Assembly: GCA_003344405.1 (NCBI GenBank)
Contig: NOWV01000116.1
Location: forward strand, 1 to 64,000
DNA length: 64,000 bases
Direction of reading: 5' to 3'
Source of the DNA: Trichoplax sp. H2
Taxonomy: Eukaryota
The notes below the pieces were generated by a model. The model worked only from the letters and a program-made list of their open reading frames with translations, was not told the origin of the DNA and searched no databases. Positions within the stretch are counted from its first letter, which is position 1, and each line of letters begins with the position of its first letter. Positions 43,062 to 56,807 of this stretch are shown here, piece after piece. Position numbers and translations under genes: made by a program.

Positions 43062-46001
43062 TTATCCTATAGCAATGCTTATTGCTTGAGAAATAGGTTG
43101 AAATTCGATTCCTCGTTTGAAAAATGTTTTATAACCTCGTCGATATTGAGTAATGTTAAGAATTAAGATCTTGTCGATTCTTTCTTTCTCGATCTCGAGT
43201 AGCTTGGAATATTTTAAAGATAGAAATGTAGCTAAATAGGCAATCGAAGTATTAGCAACAATCGAATTTAACGATGAAATTGAACGAAGTTTATAAACGA
43301 GAAAGATCGTAACAGTATAAAAGAAGAATAGAGCTGTTACGATTAAAATGTTAAATGCTACTTGTAATTGACTAATTGATATCTCAGGCGTATAATGTTT
43401 CAGATAATCGTATAATTCTGCAGGAATGCCAACGCTTTTATGAGCTCCATCTTCATATATATCGTAGTAGACTTGAGTTAATTTACTACGAAAGTAATAA
43501 GAATCTCTGTTTTGTAACTGAGTTTCTATTATCTCTGCGAGTGTACTATATCCGTTGTCGAAAGAGCATTTTACACAACCAAAGCCGCATTGCAATAATT
43601 TGACTGTAACTTTATTATTGTCCGACATATTTTGGGAGTATTGAAAAATAATGCTCGAAGTTCCATTAACTGCATGATGATGGCTATCTCTAACACTTCT
43701 TCTGATACAAACCTCGATACAATCTTTGATAATTTCTTCATTTAAAATTTCTGGGATATCAATTTCTACGTTACTAACATTGGCAACTTGAGTAATTATG
43801 AAATTGACTCGCAAAACACCTTGCTTACTATCCAAGATTGTTTGGATATTTTCTTCTATCCTAGATTTTACATCAATAATTCTTTGAGATATTAGAGGAC
43901 CTCGAATAAAATATGCACGTAATAATTGATAGATAAAATGCAAGTATGGTATCATAATAATAATAATTTGATTAAAATAGGCAGAAAACGCAAAAATAAA
44001 CGTTACGACAGTAATGAAGATTCTAAGAAATAATTGTATACCGAACAATAATATTGTTGCAGCAGTAAGGACAAGTACCATAGAGTATAATGTCATTATT
44101 ACTGACATAAGGAAATATGTTAAAGGCCAATTCCTTCTGTTGGGCAGTAAATTTCGTTTACATTTCAATGTTGATATTTCAAAAATAAAAAATAAAGCCC
44201 GTAAAAGCCCAATGAGTCCAAGTATACAAAATGGCAAACAAGCTGTAAGTGTCAAGAGATCTTTGATAAATAGAAGTAGTTGTAGAGATAGTAAATGGTC
44301 TTTCATATCGACAAGAATGATTTTAATTTGGTGATAGGACTGTCGCTCATGACTTGGTGTTAAGTATATTTTTCTAGATAGTAGCTCTTGATCATTGGTA
44401 CCATTTTGGTTATACAATTCTTTTGAATCTCTCGAATATATTTGTTTCAAAAGGCATACAATAAAGAAGACTGTGTATGGCCCATAGGCGCAAACTACTA
44501 TATAACTTATTTCAGGTATGTTGTGAATTATCTCGCTTTTATTAAATTTGGGCGTAAAAATAAAATATGTTGAATTTCGTTGTACAAGAAGAGAAATAAA
44601 TCCCAATCCACCGGACAGGATAACTAGTGATAATAGCTTAATAGAGTAACATATTTTTCGCCAATGATAATTGATAGCATAGTCGTAAAAATAGAGATAG
44701 TTAACATTTTGCGACTGTAACGTATCTAAAATGCGAATCTTAACCATTTTCGGAAGATTTACTGAATTTGATAACATACGATTGCTGAATCTGCCATGCG
44801 TTCCACTAATTTGATGAAATGATCTAAGCAATGATTGATGAATTTCTTCTTGATCTAATTCCTGACACGAATTATTAGTTGACTGGTTTAATCGATAATT
44901 TTGACTCTCATCTGAGGTCAAGTGAGATTCTTGTTGGAAATATCTAGAAGAAAAGAAATTTTACTGGGACTAAATGTTACATATACTGTAATAACACTTT
45001 AAATCTGAGTTAATAGTGTCAAAAATCCAATATTAGATTGTAAGTACTGTAGTTGTAAGGGGTTAATATTTTATATTACGCGAAAAATAAGTTTTGTTTA
45101 CGCTGGTACTGAACATTGAAGTAAATAGTCGGGTTATTAAAAAAACAGATAGACAATAAACTATGAATTGCTTGTAGAATGATAATATATAAAATTTGTT
45201 ATTCAATTTAAAGTTAAATTCATATCGCATTGTAAAATATGTGACTTACCGATAACTGCATAATTCTTTCAAGAACTTATTAATAAGTTTATCCAATACT
45301 ACAGCGGCCATAGAGTAGCTAATCATCATGGAAATTATTCGCATAGCATGAACGTACCACAGTTGCTTTTTAGGTGTTAGGCATGTGCTAATGTTAATTT
45401 TGGGATTAATTGTTCTTCTGTTACAGCAAGAATACTTAACATTCCGATAAAAAAATCCATCTAATCTATTGAAGGATCGCAAACATATTGTAGAACAATC
45501 TTGACCATAACAACCTTGATTTAAGTTTGTAAATTGTAGTAATGTTGTAAATACGATGTGCTGTCTTTGGGTATCATTTAGTTCATCATAACAACCTCGG
45601 GTTGATTCAATAAGATCTAAGCTTTGTTCAGACGTGAAAATTGAATATAGGTTTAAGCTTATAGCAATGTAATCGGTCGGCAAAGAAATCATAGCCATGC
45701 CAAGATCTTTTCTAACCAGACTATAAAAATCATGGTCATAGTAACGTTCGCTTATAGTACGTTGCTCTACAGTCTGATTATTTATAGTCAAATAAAAAAA
45801 AACTACTCGAGTTCTTTCTGATTGGATAATTTCTCGAAATAGGGCATGTTCAGATGCATTATCCTTCACAGTTAGAGAACAATTGGAATTATCAGAAAGT
45901 TCCTGTATGACTGGATCGGATAAATCACTATACACTGCTTGGATTAAGCAAGCAATAAACACCACATAATGAGATCGATTCCTAAGCAAATCTAAAGGCA
46001 T
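43062..46001 (-). CDS. Same multipass membrane family, copy 2 (877 aa)
   Basis: Exons 45250-46001 and 43062-44943 have the same phase-2 intron. Shared motifs: MVKxRILDTL, RQSYHQI, LLQCGFGCVKC, GIPAELYxYLK, KILILNITQYRRGYK. Confidence 0.87.
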
Positions 46002-47054
46002 CGTTCTATAGCAAATAATTGAATGAAATACATATGGATGTTACTTGTATGTTACGATTTAATTGCAGCGAAGAATGTTACCGTAATTGTCAGAATTTTG
46101 CGAGATTTTATTAGAATATTAACGATTACTACAACGAAATTTCGTCTCAGCCATCTAAAATGTCACGACCGCAAGTTAAACTTAAAAAAATCTTATTTAT
46201 TTTCACGTTACTAATGAGTAGCAACAAATAACAAATTGTCAACGAGCAACTTAATGAGTTATTCAAATTTAGCATAGGCCGAAGTCTTCTCTTTTTTTCT
46301 CTATCGTATCTCCTTTTTATACCATTACAGTTAATCGATCAATACTCTATATTTGTAAGGTAAGTTAATAAAACACGACAACAGTAAATATATTTTTAAA
46401 AATTAATCTCACGACAGTAATTATCCCTGAAATGGTCAATATAACCAATAATAATCCCTAATATGGAAACCAATTGAACATAACATAAAATACTGTAAAA
46501 TGGTGAACATAGCCACTAATAATCCCTAATATGGAAATCAATCTAACAGAACATAAAATATTTCTTTCTAAGCGTACTCAGTCATTATAGGTATCAATTT
46601 ATTGCTAAATACTGGCCAGCTACAGTAAGAAATTTTAGCGCCACAAAATGAAATAAACGGAAGTTGCAGAAAATAATTTATAAAACTTAGAGAATATACT
46701 AGTATCAGCAAAAGTTACGCAAAGTAAAAGCTGATGCATAATGAAATATGCATTAAATAACCGAAAGAAGAGAAAATCCAAGTTGTAAAATTACATGTAA
46801 GTAATATTCAACACTAGAAATTATAGGTTGATAATCAAATTGTCATATGAGGAATAAATGTATTTTCAAAACTCAAAGATATAAGCTAGATTTATTTTGG
46901 ATTTACCTTCAACGTTAAGATAGCGCTGGCCTATAAAGCTCTCATTTCACTCCTAATATGATTTTGGAATACTTATTTGTTTCAAGATCATATTAATCTT
47001 TATATGTGCTACTTAAAGCCCTTGGTGGTATCAGAAAATAAACAAGTGTTGGTA

Positions 47055-48521
47055 TATAATTCATCTTCGGTCTGAAAAATAAACCATATAATGACCGAAT
47101 GACTAATTGATATATAAAATAGTTTATGATATCAGGATTTTGTGGAATACTTCAGTTCTTTGTGTCACGCCGCTCTGTGTACGGTAGGTTATGCAGTACG
47201 GAATTTTGCGTCAAGAAGGATTATGAAAATTATAGTAATTATTTGCAATAATATCGAGGTTGAGATATAAAGAATATCTTTACTTTTTGCAAAATCGGAT
47301 TAGCTAGAGCTTCTATTATGTAGGATTAAACTACAGTTTAAATCATCCGTCTAAAATGAAGCTGCTACCTTGCGTTACTACACTAAAGAGAATTAACAAT
47401 AGCTGACAATTGATCAGGTAGCCTTCTTCTCTAGTTGATCTAGTCACGACTTTAATGCGAAGCTAAACCATAAATTAATTCAAAGAGACTAAAACTACTA
47501 TTTTCAATCACACCATTATTTATAATTTAAGTTTTGCTGGGCTAGCAACTACTACGGATCCTAAAATTCAAACGAGGTTATCGATCTATCACTTGCAATT
47601 ATTTTAGTAATCACGTTCATAAAAAAGTTTTCACGCAGTCCAAGTAAGTTACACTTTAAAATATCTTTATAATTGCTTAAGAACTAATAAAATCACTACA
47701 AAATAGTTATCCTTTCTAGTTTGACTAATGTTACTGTCAAAGAGCTCCTGTAATAAGTGACCTTTAATCATCAAGATTCATTTCATTAAAACAATAATCA
47801 AAGCCTTATTAAACAAAACAACAGCTAATTTTCCGCATCTTAATATCACATCAAAAACAAAAACAGAAACTTTACTAGATCCAAATTTCTAATATAGAAG
47901 GAATTCTTACAAGCAATTGGAGCATTAAGTTATCAAATTAAGCGTTTAAATGTAGAGGGTACAATATCGGTGCAATATTAACTTTGCTATAAAGTCCATT
48001 CTAGGAGGAAAGGCTTAGCTACAATCAAAGATACTTTCTATAAATTCTAAAGGATAGTCTTTTTGCAAACTTACGCTCACTCTGGCATAGCCAAAGATAC
48101 CGAAATCAATTATCGGGAAGACAATAAATTTTATGGAATTTCTTTACATTAAAGCATTACTAGATGAAAATTTGAGGGTCCCAAACAGGTGAATAAAAAA
48201 TATAGTAACACACGGTAGATTTTGGACAGATAATTTTAACTGTAGTTTAATCCTACATAATAGAAGCTCTAGCTGATTCGATTTTGCAAAAATAAAGATA
48301 TTCTTTATATCTCAACCTCGATATTACTGCAAAATAATTACTATAATTTTCATAATCCTTCTTGATGCAAAATTCCGTACTACATAACCTACCGTACATG
48401 AAGCGGCGTGCCACAAAGAACTCAAGCATTCCACAAAATCATGATATCACAAACTATTTTATATATTAATTAGTCATTCGGTCATTATATTGTTTATTTT
48501 TAGACCGAAAATGACTTATAC
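47055..48521. repeat. ~300-bp inverted repeat pair (47055-47358 and 48219-48521)
   Basis: The arms are reverse complements with scattered mismatches, e.g. GCTAGAGCTTCTATTATGTAGGATTAAACTACAGTT versus AACTGTAGTTTAATCCTACATAATAGAAGCTCTAGC. Confidence 0.9.
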
Positions 48522-49512
48522 AATGATAATATTTAATGGCAAAGGTTGTGTTCATTTCTTAAGTAACTAGATTGTTATTTTTATGATTAAATCTTGATGT
48601 TTAAAGATTAATTTTTAGACTTTTATAATGTATCAATGACGTAGAATTATATTAGAAGTGAAGCTTGATGTTTTTATAGTTAAGTTTGTTGGTTTTATAG
48701 TGTTTTGTAAGGGAATCATAAGGTAAATTGTGTCTGAACTTTGAACGATTTTTTTCTTAAGCGGTGCAAAGTAGTTCTCTAAAATGGATCTTAAGAGTGA
48801 TTGGTCAATAAATGTTTAGTTTTAAATACCACCGCGGGCTCTACGAAGTCTATAAATAATAGGCAATCAAAAAATTTAGAGTAGAGATTAAAAGAAAATT
48901 TTTTGGATGAACTTGTTGAACGTTAAAGGCCTTCGGAGTCGAACAATTGTTAGTGAAAACGTTCTTCTTTTTGTTAGGCAGTTTTGTTGTTGGCAGTTTC
49001 AGTTCAGTTGTTTTATTATTATTTCTTCACTTATAATACTTAGAATTAAGTATTTGGAAGGTTGTTTGATCTGTCTCTCTCATATTTTCTTAATAAATTG
49101 TTGATCGGTTGTTTCCCCAATTTTTCTTTATGCATCAAAGTTTCATTTAAGTCGACCAGAGTGCCAAGATAGTAGAATTAAAGTTTGTTAGAAGTTTTGT
49201 AGCTTGATTTCTACATATTTCTATTCATTACTGTGATGGAGGGTTCGAAGAGTCAGATAATGTGGTTTTAGTTGCCATGAAGAGAATTGCACAAGGAGCT
49301 TAAGAAAAGAAGATACTTTATTGTAGATAGTAGCTAGGTACAATGTGATAATTACGGTAGGTCAGCGCGGTAGCTGCCGTGAGTAAAGTGTGAATACTAA
49401 AGTGTGAATACTGTGAATACACAAAATTCTAACACGTAATAATTCTTTATTGTAATTATATCAGAACACTAAAGTAATGTGAATATATTATTCAATTATA
49501 TCTTACAGGACG

Positions 49513-52500
49513 ATGACTTTAGGTTTGTTTAGAAATCGATCTCTTCATTATGTAGTATTTATCGTTTGCTTGATCCAAGCAGCGTCTATAAATTCATCCG
49601 ATCAAGTGATACAGAAGTCTTTTGACGCTTCCAAATGCTCTCTAAGGGTGTATGATGATACACGTCATTATGCCATATTTCGACAATATATCGAAGCAAA
49701 AGAAACTAAAATAGTGTTTTTTAATCTGACAATATTTGGTCAGAATCTACACAACGATTCTAAAAATTATGACTTCTATGGCTGGGTTAAAGACGATTTT
49801 AGTTGGGCTCTGATTTCTTTACCGGTCGATTATATTGCTACAAGCTTAAATCTTTATTCAGTTTTCGTACATCGACTGAGTTTAAATCTTATTGAATCAA
49901 GCCGAGGTTGCTATGCTCGACTAATAAGTGATTCCAAAAGAAAGTATATCATTTTTGAGGCATTATTAAAATTTACAAACTCAAGTGGAGGTTGTTTTGG
50001 TAGATATTGTCCTACAATATTTTGGCGACGCTTTAATAGAAAACAGGAACTTTTACATCATCATATATCTTATTCACATTGTAACAGAGAAATAGTTGCT
50101 CCAAAAATTAATATTAGTACATGCCTAATTCTAGGGAAACAGAAATTGACAGGTCGTATGGTACAAATAATTTCCATAATAATCAGTTCTCTTATAGCTG
50201 CTACTATGTTAGATAAACTTATTAACAACTTCTTGAAAGAATTAGGTAATTATCGGTAAGTCACAAATTTTACAAAGCGGTAGAAAGTTAACCTTAAATT
50301 CAGTAACGAACTTTATGTATTATCGGTCTATAAGCAATCTATTATTTATTGTTTATCTATTCAGAAGCATTCCAACTAATTACATCAATGTTCAGTACCC
50401 AGCGCAAACTAAACTTGTTTTCTCAAAATAGAAATGTTAATTTTTTACAGTTACAGTCCATACAATGCAATACAGTGCTGTATCTATGACAATGCTAGTT
50501 CAGATCCAAAGTGTTATTACAGTATATGTAGCACATAACCCGAATAAAATCTTCCTTCAATAGATATTGCGAACATAAATCTCATCTTACCTCTGACGAG
50601 AGTCAAGATCATTCATTAAACCTACTACAAACTAATAATTCGCATCAAGAATTGATTCAAGAAGAAACTTATCAATCATCGCCTGGATCGTCTCACCAAA
50701 TCGGGGGAACATGCTTCCAGCGCAGTGATAGTATGTTACCAAATTCAACAAATCTTACGAAAATGGTCAAGGTTCGTATCTTAGATACGTTACACTTTCA
50801 AAATGTTAACTATTTCCATTTTTCAACTATACTACTAACTACCATTGGCTAGAAATTAGTCATTGTATTATATTCTTATTACTGGTTATTCTATCTTCGG
50901 GATTGGGATTTCTTTCTCTTCTTTTGCAACGAAATTCAATGCATTTTGTTTTTAAACCTCGATTTCATAAAATGGATAAACTTCATGACGTTAAAGATAT
51001 AGGATTTATTATAGCAGTATGTTGCGGGCCATACATATTGATTTTAAGTTTAGCTCATTTGAAACAGGTATTGACCAGTGATTCAAACAATTCGTATAAC
51101 CAAATTGACGACAATGATCAAGAGCTACTAACTAGACAAATGTACTTAACGCCAAGTTATGAGCGACAGTCCTATCACCAAATTAACATCATTCTTGTCA
51201 ATATGAAACATCATCTACTTTCTCTACAACTATTTCAATTTATCAAAGATCTCTTAACATTTATAATCTGCTTGCCATTTTGCATATTTGGACTTATTGG
51301 ACTTTTACGAGCTTTACTTTTTATTTCTGAAGTATTAACATTCAAATTAAAACGAAATTTACTTCCCAAGATAACAAATTGGCCTTTAATACATCCTCTC
51401 GTATTAGCCTTTATGACGTTCTACTCACTCTTTTTTGTCTTTTTTACTGCATCCCTATTAGCTTGCGGTTTACAATTGATTTCTAGAATCGCTATTACTG
51501 TTATAACATTTATTTTCGCATTTTCTAGCTATTTCAATGAAATTATTATTATTGTAATTCCATACGTGCATTTTATCTATTTGTTATTGAGCGCTTACTC
51601 TGATCGAGGTCCTCTTATATGTCAAAGAATTATTGATGTAAAGCCAAGAATAGAAGAAAATATTCAAACAATCTTGGATAGTAAGCAAGGTATTTTGCGA
51701 GTCGATTTTATCATCACTCAAACTGGCAGTATCAATGACGTAGAAATTGATACCCCAGAAATGTTAAATGAAGAAACTATCAAACTTAGTATTGTGGATT
51801 ACATTAAACGAAGTCTAAGAGACGACCACCATCATGCAATTAATGGTATTTCGAGCATCGTTTTTCAATACTCATATATTGAGTCAGACAGTAATAAAGT
51901 TGCAGTCAAATTATTGCAATGTGGCTTCGGTTGTGTAAAATGTACTTTTAACGACGGACATAACATACTCAAAGAGAAAATCCAAGCTCACTTAGGCAAC
52001 AACGGTTCTCATTATTTCCAAGCTAAACTATGTCAAACCTACTACGATATATATGAAAGTAGAACTCATCCATGCACTGGTATTCCTGCAGAATTATACA
52101 ACTATCTCAAGTATTACACACCTAAGATATCAATTAGTCAGCTACAAGTAGCATTTTACATTTTTATCATAACAGGTCTATTCGTACATTATATTGTTAC
52201 GTTCGATCTCGTTTATAGATTTCATACATTTTCATCGCTTAATTCGAGTATTACCCATGCCTCAATCGTCTATTTAGTTTCATATCTATCCTTAAAAAGT
52301 TCCAAAATTTTAGAGATCGATAAAGAAACAATCGATAAGATCTTAATTCTTAACATTACTCAATATAGACGAGGTTATAAAATATTTTTTAAGCGAGGAA
52401 TCGAATTTCAACCTATTTCTCAGACAATATGTATGGCTGTAAGATAATACAAGCATACAACCGAGAATACCACAAACCATTAAGACGCTTTCTTATGTTA

Positions 52501-52766
52501 ATATAGATTAACATCTTACTACGTAGATTTATATGTTGTTTATCATTAGTTGATAGGGAATTATTTTTATTTCTTGTCGTTATTGTAAGCTATATAAGTA
52601 CGTAGTATAGTAATCTTAATACTTAAATAGTTATGTTTGTATCATCTATGTTATACTCTATTCTTCTTATATTTGTTTTAGGGTGTAAGATTATACTAAT
52701 AAAATAAAGTCATCATGATATTTGAGCGTTGTCAAAAATCTATTCTAGAAGAATTCGACTTTTTAA
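49513..52766 (+). pseudogene. Same family, copy 3, frameshifted (inverted duplicate of copy 1)
   Basis: Exon 49513-50255, then exon 2 from 50564. TTTTTCCGACTAT in copy 1 reads TTTTTCAACTAT here (net -1 nt at ~50824), giving a stop at 50852. The downstream frame stays open to 52447. The 5' non-coding exon was not duplicated. Could also be a consensus error. Confidence 0.75.
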
Positions 52767-53403
52767 GTAGCTCGTGTATGCAAAATTACGAATGCTGTCA
52801 AGTAGCCAAGTAGAAGCAAGCATTGCTAAAGCAATTTCAGCTTCAGTATGAATGATTGCAGGAATCATCGTCATTAGTCGTTGTAATAACATACTTGTAG
52901 AAAAGATAGTATTTACTAACCTATTATAGTGGCAAGTTATCATAAAATAGGGCATCCGTTGTCTAAATTTAATTTACGCTTTTATAACCGAATTAATCGC
53001 AGACAGGTTAGCCTAGCAATACCAACTAGATTTTGCTTTGATATTTCTACTCTATACACCAATGATATATGCATTTAGGGATATTGTACAATAAAAGAAC
53101 TTCCTATTTTTACAGTGTCTAACGATAGTGTAATATTACTAGTGATTAAGTAATCTTTTAATAACTATTTCCATAGTGCACGAGTATTAGAACTTGGTGT
53201 AGTAAAATTAATCACAAAGTAAAGTGAAATCTACTATGACATTAATCATTTATTCCAGCATGCCCATACATTATGCAATTGATCCCATTTAAATGACTAG
53301 AGTTGGTCGATAAATTTGAAATTTAAAACGATACAGGTAACCTAAATTAAGATATGTATGTTCATTACACAAGTACGTTTTAATAAAAATATTTATAGAC
53401 AGT

Positions 53404-53761
53404 TGTTACAATACGTAAGCTCGTCCTAATTACAGAAGTTTCTGACGAGACTATAAAAGGCTGGTGCCTGAAGATTCCTTTTTAGTTAGTTGATCGGTTG
53501 GATAGTCAACTAGTTTTTCAATTGATATTTAATTGTAAAGTCTATAATCTTGGGTACCGAGATTTCTTCAGTATTAAATGATAGTCAATCTCTGACTTTC
53601 TCGTCTACACTATCTGTGACGCTAACATTGTACCATAGTATTCGGTCGTTGGAACTGAATTATTTGGTGATATAGCTAATCTCGCCTCTTTAAGTTAGTA
53701 AGTGGTGTTCTCCGCAAGGATTGGCGTGTGTAGACTACTTTGTCACTAGTGGTGTGTGACA
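53404..53761 (+). mobile_element. Solo LTR of an LTR retrotransposon (358 bp)
   Basis: TGTTACA...TGTGACA termini and a perfect 5-bp TSD ACAGT (53399-53403, 53762-53766). TATAAAA at 53452 and ATTAAA at ~53573. Absent from the paralogous site in arm A (~36791-36795). Confidence 0.85.
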
Positions 53762-54782
53762 ACAGTCCGCATGTTTTTCTACTCTTTACTACAGCTAGAC
53801 TTGCGAAGTTTGTTTATAAGATATCGACAATTCTTATTCAGGAAATGAACTCTCCTTGCTATTTAATTAAGACTTTGATCCAATTATGTTCTACTTTACT
53901 AATTGATATTTTATTTATATACCGGTACCTCAGGCACGTAGATTTTCACAAATTACCTATAGACGTTTCGATAGTTGGTTTCAATATCTATTTGTTACAC
54001 TATCTAATAGTAAGACATAGAAATCACCTATTATGCTTATACTCTAATTTTTATAGTAATTCATTGAAAGTAGTTTGTTATTAGTTACATAGTAATTCAA
54101 TAAACCTGTTGCAGTAAACAATATTCTAGCTAATACGTATAAGAGACGACAATAACACTCATAATAAATTGTTTCACACAAGTACACTTTCAGATCATGA
54201 TCGAAATTAGCGATAGACGTTCAAGTTTGGAACCTTTTCAAAAGTTTATTGCAGTTGTTACAAGTAAATTGATTTATTTCTGTACAAGATGAAAGCATGA
54301 GCTAATACTTATATTATCTACTTTGAAGGAATTGAAGAGCTTTTCTTAGATTTACGGTTGTCACCTCAATAATTACATTACAGATAGGCTTAACTAAGGC
54401 AACATTTAAATTTCAGTCTATTAGATATTTTACCGTCTATTGGTTTAAGCTGTAATCAAGGTGCACGCTACTTAGTAAACGTGATAATAAATCGTATTTC
54501 AATAGTCTTATTAAATTAATAATCATGATTCACATGTAATTGATTAATATGCAGTGCTCTCAGTACCCCGCCGGTTTAGTTGGCTCAGGTCGTGTCATGC
54601 TATCTACAAATTTATCTCAGATGCGCAATAAAGTAACTAAGGCAGTTCTTAAATTCGCGTTCATGCGACTAAAATAACTAACTGAATTGCGTTCATTGCT
54701 ACGATAGATATATACCAACAATGGCGAGATGCACTTTATATATGAACTTGACCGTATGCGAAATCGGTCATTTTGCAAACTG

Positions 54783-55335
54783 CTCTTTAAGATTGCATGA
54801 TGGGATTGTACATTATCCTTTTAGGCAATGATTTGTTGAATTGATAACGATTTTATTAGTAAGAAGTCGTTAATCTTCTCTGTGATAGGATTGAGCTTTA
54901 TCCTGTAGAATGTTACTTCTTGAGTATATGCTGATTTTATTGATGACTAGTCATTAATCGCTTTTGTGATTGGATTGAGCTTTATTCTGTAAACTGTTAC
55001 TTCTTGAATTTATACTGATTTTATTGGTATCTAGTCGTTAATCGCTTTTGTAATAGGATTAAGCTTTATCCTGTAGACTGTTACTTCTAGAATTTATAGT
55101 AGTTTTATTTGTAATCAGTCAATAATTCCCCTTGTACTCGTATGATTGTGTTTTTTTCGTGGCGCCAGTTGTTTTTCGAATTTATACAGGTTCTGTTAGT
55201 AATCAATTGTTAATCCCCTTCTGGGATGGAACTTTTTTCCTGTAGATAGAAATTTCTTGAATTTATACTGGTTTTATTAGTATAATCAGTTATTCATTAC
55301 CTTACAGATTTACATGATAGGATTGTACTTTTTCC
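54783..55335. repeat. Inverted copy of the 33300-33760 part of the array upstream of murA
   Basis: The reverse complement aligns unit by unit, including distinctive variants such as TCTACAGGAAAAAAGTTCCATCC(T/C)AGAAGGGGATTAACA. Confidence 0.88.
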
Positions 55336-56807
55336 TTCATAACTGAAAATCGATTACAGACAGCCAGCGTAAGATATTAAATGGATTTTATTTTAGTATT
55401 TCTTTTCTATATACTAACGGATCTGCACATTTAAGGATCTTATACAATTAATAGTATAAAAATGATCCCCTACCTTTGCGGTATCGATCGATGATGGAGT
55501 ATTCTAATAAGCTATCTTCTAGTAACAATTTCGATGTAGCTGAAGCATTAGAATCGCGTGTTGTAAAGTTAACTATAAATAAATTAAAACATATTATAGT
55601 AATAAAGGTTAATTTTTAGAATTCCCTTTTAATCTTTTACATTTTCTAATAATATTATAGCTTTAAAAGTAACTTAATTTAGTTTAAATTATAGTAAGAT
55701 TTTACTTAGTATTCTAGTATATTGTAAACTCGACTACTTTATTCTGGTTAACATTTAACAGCATACAGTAACATAATTTTGTTAAGAATTATACAATGTA
55801 AGATTATTGTAATCGTATATAAATCGTGAATTTTGCTGTAATAAGTAGATTGTCAGATAGTCAGATAGTCCTTGGTAGTTAGACGAACCTAACTTCTGTA
55901 ATAAAGTGAAATTTGCAAGAAACTGTAGTTCTTGATTTATTGTTTTGAAGATCACTTTATCACAATTATAAACTAAGCAACATATTTAGTTAGTATAGTA
56001 TTCATGCTGCAATTCTGATAAACTGGCAGCTAATTTGAGTTATAAAATATAGTAAAAGTTATGTTACTTTGTGATAGAATACAGTATAGTCCCGAACATT
56101 ATGATCTAGGTTCTAATTGAAGATTTTTGGCTTGTCTTAATATTTTTTATAGCTATATGCTATATATCCGTAGATGAATACAATTTGTAGTCAAGTTTCG
56201 ACTATTGCATTACTAATTTATTAACATTCTGGAATCTAGAGTATAATTTATCTGATCATATATTTTAATTGCTATTTTTACTTAGAATACTTTAGAGTGA
56301 TAATTCGATTATTTGGTACCGCCAGCTACTCTATGTAGCAAATAAAAAGTGACATAATTCAGTAGTTTAGTGAGATCAAGATAGTGTGGTAGTCGATAAC
56401 GATTAGGATTTTCCTTAAATCATAAGTATATCTCTTTAATTTGATGATTTGGTTAGTCAAGGCAGTAATTCTGCCTTTTGTTAATCTTCTAACTAATTTT
56501 GTAAAATTCGTTATCACAAATGATAATAAACTGGTATTTCCACCAAATTTATTTTGTGTTGGGCTTCAAAAGCTCTTAGTTTCTAATAATTTTTTTCGTC
56601 CATTGTTGCTCTATTATACTAATTATTCCTACCCGCACAATCAGATATGTTATTAATTGAAATAAAGCCCGGAGCTTTAGCTGTCCGATAAATTTGAAGG
56701 CAAATTAAACTAATTCGTGTACGGTAAGTAATTTATACAAATATATCCTAATAATATACAGTAGATTTTTGTAGTAGATTATGGGCAATAATTTTGAATA
56801 TGTAGTA

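Larger units (their letters stand above)
49419..54454. repeat. Arm B of the inverted segmental duplication (partner 36078-40759)
   Basis: Near-identical reverse complement of arm A, plus a 358-bp insertion at 53404-53761. Confidence 0.95.

Noticed and set aside
43376-44334. Antisense or nested ORFs (also 59581-59883, 35272-35514, 15054-15437, 7937-8260)
   Set aside because: Shadow ORFs of real genes with no independent support.
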